39,455 nucleotides of DNA from Candidatus Binatia bacterium (lineage in GTDB: Bacteria > Desulfobacterota > Binatia > UBA9968). The notes under the pieces are model-generated. The model was given only the letters and a program-made list of their open reading frames with translations. It did not search any database and was not told the origin of the DNA. The position numbers and the translations under genes were made by a program. This document shows, in pieces, positions 25,281 through 35,070 of the stretch (within the stretch, counting starts at the first letter, position 1; each line of letters opens with the position of its first letter). The DNA lies in the NCBI GenBank assembly GCA_036390135.1, contig DASWCL010000292.1, forward strand, positions 1 through 39,455, in the 5' to 3' direction.

Positions 25281-27485
25281 TCAAACCATCGCCGCCTTCA
25301 CCCGTTCCGGCGTGAATGGCACGGTGCGCAGACGCGTGCCGGTGGCGTTATAAATGGAGTTGGCGATGGCAGCGGGGATGGCGCTTGTCGTCGCTTCGCC
25401 GGCACCGACCGCGGGCTGATCCGGGCGGTTGATGAGTTCTACAATGACATCGGGGATTTCGGGAAACTTGAGGATCGGATAGAGAGTCCAATCGAGACTC
25501 GTCACCATCGCGCGGTCAAACTTCACTTCTTCTTTCAATGCGCGGCTGGTCGCTTGGATAACGTTGCCTTCGATCTGGTTTCTCAGTCCGTCGGGATTGA
25601 TGATCAGTCCGCAATCGTGCGCGACGATCACGCGTTTCACCCGCACTTGGCCGTCGGCAGGGTTCACTTCGACATCGGCTATCGCCGCGACATAAGCTTC
25701 CGTGCGGTCATAGCGCACAAACGCTACGCCGCGTCCGCTCTTTACTGCTGCCGCTGAAGACTGAGGCCGATTCGACCAATCGGCGCGTTTGGCCGCAGCT
25801 TCCAATACCGCTTTGGCGCGGGGATCGCCGAGATGGCGCAGGCGAAATTCCACCGGGTCGGCGCCGGCCGCAATGGCCAATTCATCCATGAACGATTCAT
25901 TGGCGAAAGTATTTTGCGGCGAGCCAAGACCGCGCAACGCGGAAGCGCGCAGCGGACTCGATTGTAACCAGTGCACCATCACCCGGTTGTTTTTAAAATT
26001 GTAGGTGTGATCGGCGTTGCGATCGGCGCCCGACTGATTCGGTGTTCCCGGCGACATATTTGTGAGCAAACCGGCGAGTAGGCTGCCGGCGCTGCCGTTG
26101 GGTCGGCTCGAATGCGTTGGTGTCCAGCCGTGGAAGTCCCATGCCACCACGTTGCCCTGCTGGTCCAAACCGCCGCGCACCTCCATGACCATCGCCGGCC
26201 CGAGCGGCTCCCAAGCGTGCTCATCGTAGCGCATCCACTGCACGCGCACGGGTTTGGCCACGGCTTGTGAGAGCAGCGCGGCATCGGCAGCCGCATCATC
26301 CGCGCCATTGTGTCCGTAGCAGCCGGCGGCCTCGACATAAACAACTCGAACATTGGCCGGAGAAACTCCGATCAATTGCGCGATCGTCGGACGTAGCTGA
26401 TGGGCTCCCTGGGTTGCCGACCAGATCGTTGCCTCGCTGCCTTTCACATCGGCGACCGCGCACGATGGCCCCATGGAGGCATGCAGCTGATACGGCCAAC
26501 GGTAAGTTGCCTGAAAAGTTTTAGCTGCGGCTGAAAGCGCCGCCTCGACGTCGCCGGTATTGGCCGGCGGCTTGTCGTTGCTCGGGATTTTTTTCAGCGC
26601 ATCGAATAGCTCGTTCATGGGTGGCAGCGTTTGCTCGCTCTTCCAAGTGATTTTGAGCTCGCGGGCGGCGCGAATCGCCTGCTCTTCGCGCTCGCACACG
26701 ATGCCGACAAAGGCGTCTTTGACGACGATTTTCACCACACCGGCAATTTCTTTGATCGAAGCTTCGTCGACGCTGGTTAATTTGCCGCCGACCGAAGACG
26801 GCCGGATCACCCGACCGTGAAGCATTCCCGGTAGACGCAAATTCTGCAGGTAGAGGTGTTCACCGCTAATCTTCGCAGGAATATCGACGCGCGGCACCGC
26901 TTGACCGACGAGTTTGTATTCGCTGGGGGTTTTCGGTTTGACCTTGCCGGTGATCTCACGATTGAACGCCATGCCGCCGAGCAACTCGGCGAAGCTTATT
27001 TTTTTCTTGGCGTCGTCGTGGGCGATGATCATGCTATGGGCGACGCGCAGCGATTCGGCCGGCACAGATAATCGGCTCGCCGCCAGCGATAACAGCGTCG
27101 CCTTGGCTTCGGCAGCAGCTTGACGCAGTTGGCTGCCGCCGCGCTTGATCGTCTGGCTGCCGAACGTGGGCGCCTGATCGACGGTGTTGGCGGTGTCGCC
27201 TTGAATCCAATTAATTTTCTCAAAGGGATGATCGAGCTCCTCGGCGACGATCTGGCGCAGAGAGGTGGACACGCCGGTGCCCAGCTCGACTTTGCCGGTC
27301 ATCACGGTGACCATGCCGTCTTTCTGAATAATGAGCCATGAATCGAGTTGGTTCGGCGGCAGCGGCCCGCCGGAAGCTCGCAACGCCGGCGCCCCTTGTG
27401 CTTCCGCATCGAGCGGAAAGCCGAAGGCGACAATCAGGGCTCCGGTTGCCTTAAGAAATTGTCGGCGGGTGACATTGAGGCTCAT
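25281..27485 (-). CDS. Xanthine dehydrogenase/aldehyde oxidase family molybdopterin-binding subunit (IorB-like), Tat-exported
   Basis: Trimmed to the ATG at 27485. Twin-arginine signal MSLNVTRRQFLKATGALIVAFGFPLDAEA. The 734-aa length and overall pattern are typical of isoquinoline oxidoreductase beta-like subunits. Confidence 0.85.
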   Translation of the reverse strand: MSLNVTRRQFLKATGALIVAFGFPLDAEAQGAPALRASGGPLPPNQLDSWLIIQKDGMVTVMTGKVELGTGVSTSLRQIVAEELDHPFEKINWIQGDTANTVDQAPTFGSQTIKRGGSQLRQAAAEAKATLLSLAASRLSVPAESLRVAHSMIIAHDDAKKKISFAELLGGMAFNREITGKVKPKTPSEYKLVGQAVPRVDIPAKISGEHLYLQNLRLPGMLHGRVIRPSSVGGKLTSVDEASIKEIAGVVKIVVKDAFVGIVCEREEQAIRAARELKITWKSEQTLPPMNELFDALKKIPSNDKPPANTGDVEAALSAAAKTFQATYRWPYQLHASMGPSCAVADVKGSEATIWSATQGAHQLRPTIAQLIGVSPANVRVVYVEAAGCYGHNGADDAAADAALLSQAVAKPVRVQWMRYDEHAWEPLGPAMVMEVRGGLDQQGNVVAWDFHGWTPTHSSRPNGSAGSLLAGLLTNMSPGTPNQSGADRNADHTYNFKNNRVMVHWLQSSPLRASALRGLGSPQNTFANESFMDELAIAAGADPVEFRLRHLGDPRAKAVLEAAAKRADWSNRPQSSAAAVKSGRGVAFVRYDRTEAYVAAIADVEVNPADGQVRVKRVIVAHDCGLIINPDGLRNQIEGNVIQATSRALKEEVKFDRAMVTSLDWTLYPILKFPEIPDVIVELINRPDQPAVGAGEATTSAIPAAIANSIYNATGTRLRTVPFTPERVKAAMV

Positions 27486-27532
27486 GTGACGATCCGTCGC
27501 TCTCGTAGGATTCGATTGCACACGGCGCACAA

Positions 27533-28549
27533 TCATCGTCTCGCTCTTTCGGCGAACGTCCAGTCGTAAACGACCTGCGGTTTGACGCTGATCTTTTCTT
27601 TCGCGCGAAACGTGCCCACGGCGACCCATTCTTCGGCCACGGAGTCCGGCACCGTTAGGTCCGGATTATATTGGTCGCGGTAAACCGAGTAGAATCTTTC
27701 AGCAGCAGAATGGTCGAGTTGAAGGAGTTTCTCCAGTAGGCTGACGCCGATTTCCCGTTGGCCTTGCAGAAACAACATCGCTGCGCGCTGGCCGCGCAGC
27801 ACCCGCACGATCTCATCCGGTTCCTTGTCGATCTTTCGCTGTGTCGTGCTCAGGCCGGCAATGGGAATACGGACAAATTCCGCGGTCTCTTTTACGGATA
27901 GGAGGGTCTTGAATCCCTTCTGTTCGGCTCGATATTCGAAAGGGCTGCTGACGACGGTGGCTTCGACGGCGCCGGCGACGAGAGCCGCAAAGCGCGCGTC
28001 AGGGCTACCGGCGATGGCTTGCAGCGTGACATCTTTGTTCGGATCAAGACCATTGCGGCTGAGCAATTGATAAATCGCGAAATCGGCGGAGCTGCCGAAT
28101 GTGTTGATCGCGATCCTTTTCCCTTTCAGTGCTTTGACACTGTCGATTTCCGGTCGGGAAATAATCGCGTAGCCGCTTGACTTGGTGCTTGCGCCGACGA
28201 TCTTTACCGGTAGCCCGCGCGTGGCAGCGCCCGCGATGAAGGGCAAGATCGTAACGTAATCAAGCTCGTTTGCCATCAGGGCACTCAGCATCAAATTAGT
28301 ACCTTGAAACTGAATGTAACGAACCCGAAGTCCCTCCTTTTCGAAGAAGCCGCGTTCACTCGCGATTCGATCCGGCAGCGCGGTCCAAGCCGAGCCGCCG
28401 GTCCAGCCTATATTGATCGCTTTCGGCTCAGCGCCGTTGATGGCGGCAGCTTGACCGATCATTAGAACGAAGAATGAGACAAATGTGACGAAGCGCCGGC
28501 TCACTTTCGAAGCTCTTTTTCTTTTTTCGCTCTCACCCTGCCACCGCAA
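27533..28549 (-). CDS. ABC-type substrate-binding protein, NMT1/THI5-like
   Basis: 338 aa as tracked, overlapping the upstream gene by 17 bp. An alternative GTG at 28504 would begin VSRRFVTFVSFFVLMIGQAAA (signal peptide). The LKGKRIAINTFGSSADF block is typical of COG0715 SBPs. Confidence 0.75.
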   Translation of the reverse strand: MRWQGESEKRKRASKVSRRFVTFVSFFVLMIGQAAAINGAEPKAINIGWTGGSAWTALPDRIASERGFFEKEGLRVRYIQFQGTNLMLSALMANELDYVTILPFIAGAATRGLPVKIVGASTKSSGYAIISRPEIDSVKALKGKRIAINTFGSSADFAIYQLLSRNGLDPNKDVTLQAIAGSPDARFAALVAGAVEATVVSSPFEYRAEQKGFKTLLSVKETAEFVRIPIAGLSTTQRKIDKEPDEIVRVLRGQRAAMLFLQGQREIGVSLLEKLLQLDHSAAERFYSVYRDQYNPDLTVPDSVAEEWVAVGTFRAKEKISVKPQVVYDWTFAERARR

Positions 28550-29273
28550 CGCTTGCTGTCATGGCGCCGCCGAGATGCCTGGAGAAAAATTCCAACGTGC
28601 GTGCCCAGGATGTGGCGTCGGCTTCCGGCCGGTAACCTTTCCAGCCACTGCGGTTAAAGCCGTGCGGCGCATCGGCGTAATAGAAAAACTCGTGTGGCTT
28701 GCCAGGCTTCGTCAGCTCGGCGTCGAGCCGGCGCATTTCGTCCGGCGGCGGATTTTTGTCCAGCTCACCGAAGTGACCTTGGACTGGACAGGAAACATCG
28801 GCCGCCAAGGTCGCGGGCGCGGGGCGATCGCCCCATTGCTGATAAGCGCCGCCGCCGTAAAAATCGACCGCGGCTTTAAACGAATCGCATGCCGCGGCCG
28901 CGAGAAATGCGATGCGCCCGCCCATGCAGAAGCCGACAACGCCGAGTCTGGAGGTGTCGGCCGTGGCACACCCTTTTAAGAAATGAATCGTCGCTTTGAT
29001 GTCACTGATGACGTTGACGTCGCGCCGAGTATTTTTAATATTTGCCGTGTCTTCCGACGTTTTCGGTTCACCTTCGCGGTGGTAGAACTGCGGCGCGATG
29101 CCGATATAGCCGGCCTCGGCGATGCGGCGGGTCATCTCTTGAGTGAACGCGGCAACACCGTCTTGGTTCTGACCGACGAGGATCGCTGGAAACGGGCCCG
29201 TGCCATCGGGTTGGCTCAAGTAAAGTTGCATGGGACTCTCGTCGACGGTTACCGTCTCCCATGAGGTTCTCAT
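28533..29273 (-). CDS. Dienelactone hydrolase family protein
   Basis: 246 aa. Cys nucleophile in VVGFCMGG and His in YADAPHGF, on an alpha/beta fold. Confidence 0.85.
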   Translation of the reverse strand: MRTSWETVTVDESPMQLYLSQPDGTGPFPAILVGQNQDGVAAFTQEMTRRIAEAGYIGIAPQFYHREGEPKTSEDTANIKNTRRDVNVISDIKATIHFLKGCATADTSRLGVVGFCMGGRIAFLAAAACDSFKAAVDFYGGGAYQQWGDRPAPATLAADVSCPVQGHFGELDKNPPPDEMRRLDAELTKPGKPHEFFYYADAPHGFNRSGWKGYRPEADATSWARTLEFFSRHLGGAMTASVAVAG

Positions 29274-29444
29274 AAAACATCCTCCCTTACCGCGTTGAAT
29301 AGTTTGATCCTTCCATTAGTACCTTGGGGTAGGGGTGTCAATGGTGAAAGCCGATTGCGCTTTGCCAACGTCTTGTAGCGCTTGATTGTGGCCGTCGATG
29401 GTTTCCTTGGCGCGCGGAATGGTGTTAGGTTTATGCAATGAATC

Positions 29445-30935
29445 ATGCGCAGAGGGGAGCTTTCATTGTCGCCAACGCATAATTTTTTGCCAAGGCGGTG
29501 GGTCCGCCTTTTATTGGCGCTCGGTTGTACGGTTTGTTCCATCATTGCCACAGTCGACTTGCCCGCGGCTCAAACCAAAACCGCCCAGCGAGCCAAAACA
29601 CCGGCAAAGTCAGTTGCTCCGGCAAAGCCCGACGAAATAACCGAATCGGCTAGGCAGAAAAAAAACTACGATATCGACTTTAAAGAATTTAAGCTCAAAA
29701 ACGGCTTACGCGTTTTGCTCGCCGAAGACCATAGCGCGCCGACCTACTCAATTTGCGTCACCTACAACGTCGGCTCGCGCGATGAGCAGCCGGGTCGAAC
29801 CGGTTTCGCGCATCTGTTCGAGCATATGTTCTTTCAAGGCTCGGAGAACGTCGGCAAGGGCGAGCATTTCATTTTGATTCAAAACAACGGCGGCAGCGCC
29901 AACGGCACGACCAATATCGACCGCACGAATTACTTCGAGACTCTGCCGGCGAATCAGCTGGAGCTCGGCATCTTTCTTGAAGCCGACCGCATGCGCGCGC
30001 CGGCGATTACCCAGGCCAATTTCGACAATCAACGTTTGACCGTACAGGAGGAACGCCGGCAGAGCTACGACAATCGACCCTATGGCAAGACCTATGAAGC
30101 GATCATCGGCTTGGCCTACGACAATTTCGCCTACCAACACTCCACCATCGGCTCAATGGACGATCTCAATGCCGCAACCGTGGCCGACGCCGAGGCTTTT
30201 TCTAAAACCTATTATGCGCCGAATAACGCAGTGCTTGCGCTGGTCGGCGACTTCAAGACCGAAGTCGCGCTTGGCCTGATCGAAAAATATTTCGAGAAGA
30301 TTCCGGCGCATACGCCGCCGCGCCCGCCTGATATGACGGAGCCCGAGCAGAAGGGCGAACGACGCAAAGTCATCGACGACGGTTTTGCGCGCACGCCGCG
30401 CCTGGACATCGTCTATAAAATTCCCCCGGGGAACACGCCTGACTGGTATGCGCTCGATGTGCTCGGTAACCTACTTTCGAACGGCGTATCGTCCCGGCTT
30501 TACCAGAAATTCGTTAAAGAGAAAGAGATGGCGCTGAGCGTCGAGGCCGACGCCAATGAACACCGCGGCCCCTCGCTGTTTTGGTTCAGCGTCATGGCCC
30601 GGCCGAACACCGATCTCGGCGAGCTCGAAAAACTGCTGTATGAGGAGATTGCACGGGTGCAAAACGAGCCCGTGGCGGATTGGGAGCTTAGGAAAGTTCA
30701 AATGCAGTTGCGGCGCCAACGCGCCCAGCAGACTTACAGCAACCGCTCGCGCGCCAATGCCCTGGGGCATTTTGCGGTTTATTACAACCAACCGGACTTG
30801 ATTAATGCGATATGGCAGCAGTACGAACGAGTGACAAAAACCGATCTGCAACGAGTCGCCCGGATCTATTTCAAAGACAGCAACCGCACCGTGGTTACGA
30901 CGCTTCCCAAGTCAGCTGGCGGTCCAGTCCAATGA
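29445..30935 (+). CDS. M16 (pitrilysin/insulinase) family zinc peptidase, catalytically competent subunit, secreted
   Basis: 496 aa. Inverted zinc motif HxxEH in GFAHLFEHMFFQG. N-terminal hydrophobic signal (RRWVRLLLALGCTVCSIIA). Confidence 0.85.
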   Translation: MRRGELSLSPTHNFLPRRWVRLLLALGCTVCSIIATVDLPAAQTKTAQRAKTPAKSVAPAKPDEITESARQKKNYDIDFKEFKLKNGLRVLLAEDHSAPTYSICVTYNVGSRDEQPGRTGFAHLFEHMFFQGSENVGKGEHFILIQNNGGSANGTTNIDRTNYFETLPANQLELGIFLEADRMRAPAITQANFDNQRLTVQEERRQSYDNRPYGKTYEAIIGLAYDNFAYQHSTIGSMDDLNAATVADAEAFSKTYYAPNNAVLALVGDFKTEVALGLIEKYFEKIPAHTPPRPPDMTEPEQKGERRKVIDDGFARTPRLDIVYKIPPGNTPDWYALDVLGNLLSNGVSSRLYQKFVKEKEMALSVEADANEHRGPSLFWFSVMARPNTDLGELEKLLYEEIARVQNEPVADWELRKVQMQLRRQRAQQTYSNRSRANALGHFAVYYNQPDLINAIWQQYERVTKTDLQRVARIYFKDSNRTVVTTLPKSAGGPVQ

Positions 30936-32446
30936 ACCTACGCAGTGATCGTTGCACAGGAGTTTTGCGCAAGCTCGGTGGCTCTGTTCTTTTTGGCGCG
31001 TTGATATTTGTCAGCAGCTCGTTGCCGCTCAGCGGTCAAGAGTCGATCAGCACGCCGCAAAGCAAAGTCGAGCGCAAAAACAAAGCGCCGGTATCGCGCG
31101 AGATCCTGCGTGTCAAGCTTCCCAAACCGATCGAAGCCAAATTAAAAAATGGTCTGACGGTGCTCATCCTCGAAGATCATCGCGCGCCGTTCGTTAACCT
31201 GCAGTTGCACATTGGCGGCGCCGGCGCGCTATTCGAACCTGCCGATATGGCCGGCTTGGCCAACGCCACGGCACAAATGCTGCGCGAAGGAACCCAATCG
31301 CGGAGCAGCATCGAGATCGCAGAAGAGATTGACCGACTCGGCGCGGCGCTTGGCGCCGGCACCTCGTTCGGTTCCCCGAACACCGTGTTGAGCGCGTCGG
31401 GCTTGAGCGATAACTTTGACGACTGGTTCGGCGTGGCCGTCGATGTGTTGCTGCACCCGAGTTTCCCAGCCGACGAGTTGGAAAAATTCAAACAGCGCCA
31501 GCGCGTGCAACTGCGCGAGCAGCGCTCGGCGGCGAATTTTCTGGTAAATGAGCGGTTTAACCGCGCCGTGTACGGCGAGCACCCGGCTGCGATCGTGTCG
31601 CCGACGGCCCAATCGGTCGATCATCTGACCCAGGACGTTCTGATCAAATGGCATCGCGAGCGTTACGCGCCGCAGAACGCGATCCTCGGTGTCGCCGGCG
31701 ACGTGCGTGCAAAGGAGTTGATTGCCAAGCTGGAGAAACGGTTGGCAGGTTGGAAAAACAGCGAGGTCAAACAAGCCTGGCCGCGCGATCCCACCGCGGC
31801 GAAAGGGCGCAAGGTGCTGTTGGTGAACCGGCCGAATTCGGTGCAAACTACGTTGGCGCTGGGCAACATCGCCATTGACCGCCTCAGTCCGGATTACACG
31901 GCGATGGTGGTGATGAATCACGTACTCGGTGGCGGTGCCTCGTCGCGTTTGTTTCTCAACCTGCGCGAGGAAAAGGGTTACACTTACGGTGTCTACAGCG
32001 ACTTTAGCGCGTTGCGTTATCCGGGGCCCTGGCGCGCCGGCGGCAATATGCGAACGGAAGTCACGGCAGACGCGCTGGCGGAATTTTTCAACGAGATTCG
32101 CCGCATCCGAGAAGAGAAAGTTCCCGTGGGCGAGCTCGAAGCCAGCAAGCGCTCGATTGTCGCCAGCTTCGCGCTGACTCTGGAGCAACCATCGCGCGCG
32201 CTGGGATTTGCTATCGCGACGAAGCAATACCATCTTCCTGCGAACTATTGGGATGCTTACCCTACGAAAATCATGACGGTGACGGCCGCCGACGTGCAGC
32301 GCGTCGCGCGCAAGTACTTGGAGCCGGACGCCCTGCAGGTTGTGGCCGTCGGGGACGCGAATAAGATCCAACCGGTCTTGGAGAAGTACGGCAAAGTGGA
32401 AGTTTTCGACACCAATGGCGTCGCCGTTGACGCGGCTCCTCGTTAA
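30932..32446 (+). CDS. M16 family peptidase, non-catalytic (HxxEH-less) partner subunit, secreted
   Basis: Trimmed to the ATG at 30932, which overlaps the upstream TGA (ATGA). Signal peptide LGGSVLFGALIFVSSSLPLSG. The position of HxxEH reads GLANATAQMLREGT. Confidence 0.85.
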   Translation: MNLRSDRCTGVLRKLGGSVLFGALIFVSSSLPLSGQESISTPQSKVERKNKAPVSREILRVKLPKPIEAKLKNGLTVLILEDHRAPFVNLQLHIGGAGALFEPADMAGLANATAQMLREGTQSRSSIEIAEEIDRLGAALGAGTSFGSPNTVLSASGLSDNFDDWFGVAVDVLLHPSFPADELEKFKQRQRVQLREQRSAANFLVNERFNRAVYGEHPAAIVSPTAQSVDHLTQDVLIKWHRERYAPQNAILGVAGDVRAKELIAKLEKRLAGWKNSEVKQAWPRDPTAAKGRKVLLVNRPNSVQTTLALGNIAIDRLSPDYTAMVVMNHVLGGGASSRLFLNLREEKGYTYGVYSDFSALRYPGPWRAGGNMRTEVTADALAEFFNEIRRIREEKVPVGELEASKRSIVASFALTLEQPSRALGFAIATKQYHLPANYWDAYPTKIMTVTAADVQRVARKYLEPDALQVVAVGDANKIQPVLEKYGKVEVFDTNGVAVDAAPR

Positions 32447-32507
32447 GCCGCGCACCGGCTACAGTCCGACGCCAACTTGGCACCAAGTAGTCACGATTCA
32501 CTGTCTC

Positions 32508-32537
32508 TTGTTTCCGAAGGCTGTCTATAAATATACT
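32508..32537 (+). promoter_or_regulatory. Candidate sigma-70 promoter for the CoA-transferase gene
   Basis: TTGTTT (32508-32513), an 18-nt spacer, then TATACT (32532-32537), followed by a GGAG RBS at about 32567. Confidence 0.25.
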
Positions 32538-32571
32538 CTGGCAATTCGCGGTCAAATTTTAATCACGGAGC

Positions 32572-34992
32572 ATGAAAATGCCGGCTGAAGCGTCTGACTC
32601 TTCTAAAGCATTGACCGGCTTGCGCGTCCTGGATCTCACCGGACGCATGGGCGGCTACTGCGGTTTGCTGCTTGCCAATCTCGGCGCAGACGTGATTCTG
32701 ATCGAGCCGCCTGCAGGTGACCCGATGCGCCGTGAGGGACCGTTCAAAAACGACCGCCCCGACCCCGAAGGAAGTTTATCCTTTGCGGCATACCATGCCA
32801 ACAAGAGTGGCATCGTCTTAAACCTGGAGAATGATGAAAATCGGGAAAGCTTGCGGCAACTCGCACGTCGTGCGGACGTGCTCGTTGAAGACAAGCCGGC
32901 GGGTTACCTCGATCGGCTCGGCCTAGGCTACCGCGCGCTGCAATCGCTCAATCCCGGCTTGGTGATGACTTCGATCACCGGCTTCGGCCAATCCGGCCCC
33001 TATCGTGATTTTAAAGCTCCTAACATTGTTGCCTTTGCGATGGGCGGTTTGATGAACCTGTGCGGACATCCGGGCCGGCCGCCGCTAATGGGGCCGTGCG
33101 ATGTAGCGTACCATTTAGGTTCCGTGCACGCTGCCTTCGGCACTCTCGTAGCGCTGTTTAACCGGCGCAGCTCGGGGCGCGGCGAGCATGTCGACGTGTC
33201 GCTTCAGGACGTATTGGTTGCCGATCCGTTTCTGCGGATCATCACGCGTTACAGCGTGACCGGCGAGGTCCCTGAGCGCACCGGCCATAGTCAATCGACC
33301 ACCGTGGCGGAAACCTATCAATGCAAGGATGGTTACGCGCGCGTCTTCGTCAATCAGACCGACCACTGGACGCGATTTGTGGATTGGCTTGGCCGCCCGC
33401 CGGAATTGCTTGACCCGAAATATGAAAATGTGCAGAACCGATTTCCCTTGCGTCCAACCATCGATCGGCTGATGGAAGCGCGCACGCTCAACTACGAATG
33501 CAAAAGGTTTTTCGAAGAGTTTCAGTCGCTGCGTTTGGCCGCCGCGCCGATCAATCCGCCGAGCGCCTTTCTCGCCGACGAACAGACACAGCACCGAAAC
33601 TTTCTGACCCATGTCGAGCACGCCTATTTGGGCCGCCACGGATTTCCCGGCGACCCATATAACCTTTCCGAGAGTCCGTGGCGCGTCGAGCGAGGGGCGC
33701 CGCTGTTGGCCGAACATCAACAGCAGATCGGTGAGCAATTGACCGGCCCGTCATCCTGGTTGGCAGAGTCGCAGCGTGGCGGGGCATCGTTGGTTCCCGA
33801 CAGAAGTCTCTTCGAAGGGATTCGCGTGGTCAGCTTTCCCACCGGTATCGTCGGGCCCGCGCTGGCCGGCTTGCTTGCCGAACACGGGGCGGAAGTTATC
33901 TCGATCGAACCAGGTCGGGCGGTTCGCAGCCCGCAGCGCGGACAGAAATTTCAAACTGCCGCTGATCTGGAAAGCAATCGCGACCGTAAACGGATCGCCG
34001 TGGATATGAAACATCCGGAGGGCGTCGCGCTGGTGAAACGGCTTATCGCCAAATCCGATGTCGTTGCGGAAAATTTTAGCGCCCGCGTCATGGCGAGCTG
34101 GGGACTGGATTATCCACGCGTGAAAGAAATTCGCCAGGATATCGTTATGGCCAGCCTGCAGGCGTTCGGCCAGACGGGCCCCCGGCGTGATTACGTCAGC
34201 TTCGGCCCGATTCTCATGTCTTACTCGGGCATGGCGTATCTTTGGCGCGATCCGGAAAGCGAGCGGCCAGGCGCAGGCTGCCAGACGGCATTCCCCGATT
34301 ATGTCGCGCCGTCATACGGAGCGTTGGCGATCCTCGCCGCGCTGCATTATCGCGCGCGCACCGGCAAAGGGCAGTACGTCGATATTTCTCAGGCGGAAAC
34401 CGCAGCAGCGATGATCGGACCCGCCTATTTGGAATTGCTCGTGAACGGCCGCGAACCGCAGCCACAGGGTAACTTTAGCACGACTGCTGCGCCCCATGGC
34501 TGCTATCGCTGCAAAGGCGACGACCGCTGGTGCGTCATCGCCATCCAATCCCAGGAAGAATGGATCCGCTTCTGCGAGTTCGCCGGACATCGCGAGTGGC
34601 TGACCGATCATCGGTTTTCCGAGCCGAGTGCGCGGATTGCCTATCGGCAGGAGCTCGACTACTGGATCGAAAAGTGGACCGCCAAGTACACGCCGCACCA
34701 GGTGATGGTGATGTTGCAGCGCGCCGGCATCGCTGCGGGCGTCGTGCAAACGGCCGAGGATCTTTACCGTGATCCGCATCTGCGCGAGCGCGGCTTCGCG
34801 CGCGAAGTCTTCCATCCGCAACTCGGTTGGGTTACGCGCGTCGGACCATCGGTGCAGTTGGCCGAAAGTAAATTTCTGCCGCGCGGCGACGCTCATGTCG
34901 CCGGCCAAGACAACGAAACGGTGCTCGGCAAGATCCTCGGCATGTCGAGCGTGGAGATACGCGATCTTGTCGAGCGCCAGGTACTCAAGTAG
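32572..34992 (+). CDS. Tandem-fused double family III (CaiB/BaiF) CoA-transferase
   Basis: 806 aa with two complete family III domains. N-terminal signatures are LRVLDLTGRMGGYCGLLLANLGADVILIEP (domain 1) and IRVVSFPTGIVGPALAGLLAEHGAEVISIEP (domain 2, from about residue 410). A candidate catalytic Asp is present in each (GPCDVAYHLG; AFPDYVAPSYG). The start may be the second ATG at 32578. Confidence 0.85.
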   Translation: MKMPAEASDSSKALTGLRVLDLTGRMGGYCGLLLANLGADVILIEPPAGDPMRREGPFKNDRPDPEGSLSFAAYHANKSGIVLNLENDENRESLRQLARRADVLVEDKPAGYLDRLGLGYRALQSLNPGLVMTSITGFGQSGPYRDFKAPNIVAFAMGGLMNLCGHPGRPPLMGPCDVAYHLGSVHAAFGTLVALFNRRSSGRGEHVDVSLQDVLVADPFLRIITRYSVTGEVPERTGHSQSTTVAETYQCKDGYARVFVNQTDHWTRFVDWLGRPPELLDPKYENVQNRFPLRPTIDRLMEARTLNYECKRFFEEFQSLRLAAAPINPPSAFLADEQTQHRNFLTHVEHAYLGRHGFPGDPYNLSESPWRVERGAPLLAEHQQQIGEQLTGPSSWLAESQRGGASLVPDRSLFEGIRVVSFPTGIVGPALAGLLAEHGAEVISIEPGRAVRSPQRGQKFQTAADLESNRDRKRIAVDMKHPEGVALVKRLIAKSDVVAENFSARVMASWGLDYPRVKEIRQDIVMASLQAFGQTGPRRDYVSFGPILMSYSGMAYLWRDPESERPGAGCQTAFPDYVAPSYGALAILAALHYRARTGKGQYVDISQAETAAAMIGPAYLELLVNGREPQPQGNFSTTAAPHGCYRCKGDDRWCVIAIQSQEEWIRFCEFAGHREWLTDHRFSEPSARIAYRQELDYWIEKWTAKYTPHQVMVMLQRAGIAAGVVQTAEDLYRDPHLRERGFAREVFHPQLGWVTRVGPSVQLAESKFLPRGDAHVAGQDNETVLGKILGMSSVEIRDLVERQVLK

Positions 34993-35070
34993 CTGACTTC
35001 GAACATCTACGCGTATTTGACCACCCAATCACGCTTCTTTGACTGCAGATTGGCTTGGCTTCACCCCGGC

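Noticed and set aside
19725-32446. RiPP-like cluster hypothesis (radical SAM, small peptides, M16 peptidase pair)
   Set aside because: The three components are 4-9 kb apart, on different strands and in different transcription units, with unrelated genes between them. The small proteins carry Sec-type signal peptides, not leader peptides, and the radical SAM protein is of the AmmeMemoRadiSam type and not a SPASM/RiPP maturase.
31229-32455. 408-aa ORF on the minus strand
   Set aside because: It is antisense to the second M16 peptidase gene, has an Arg/His/Ala-rich shadow-ORF composition, and has no RBS or motif.
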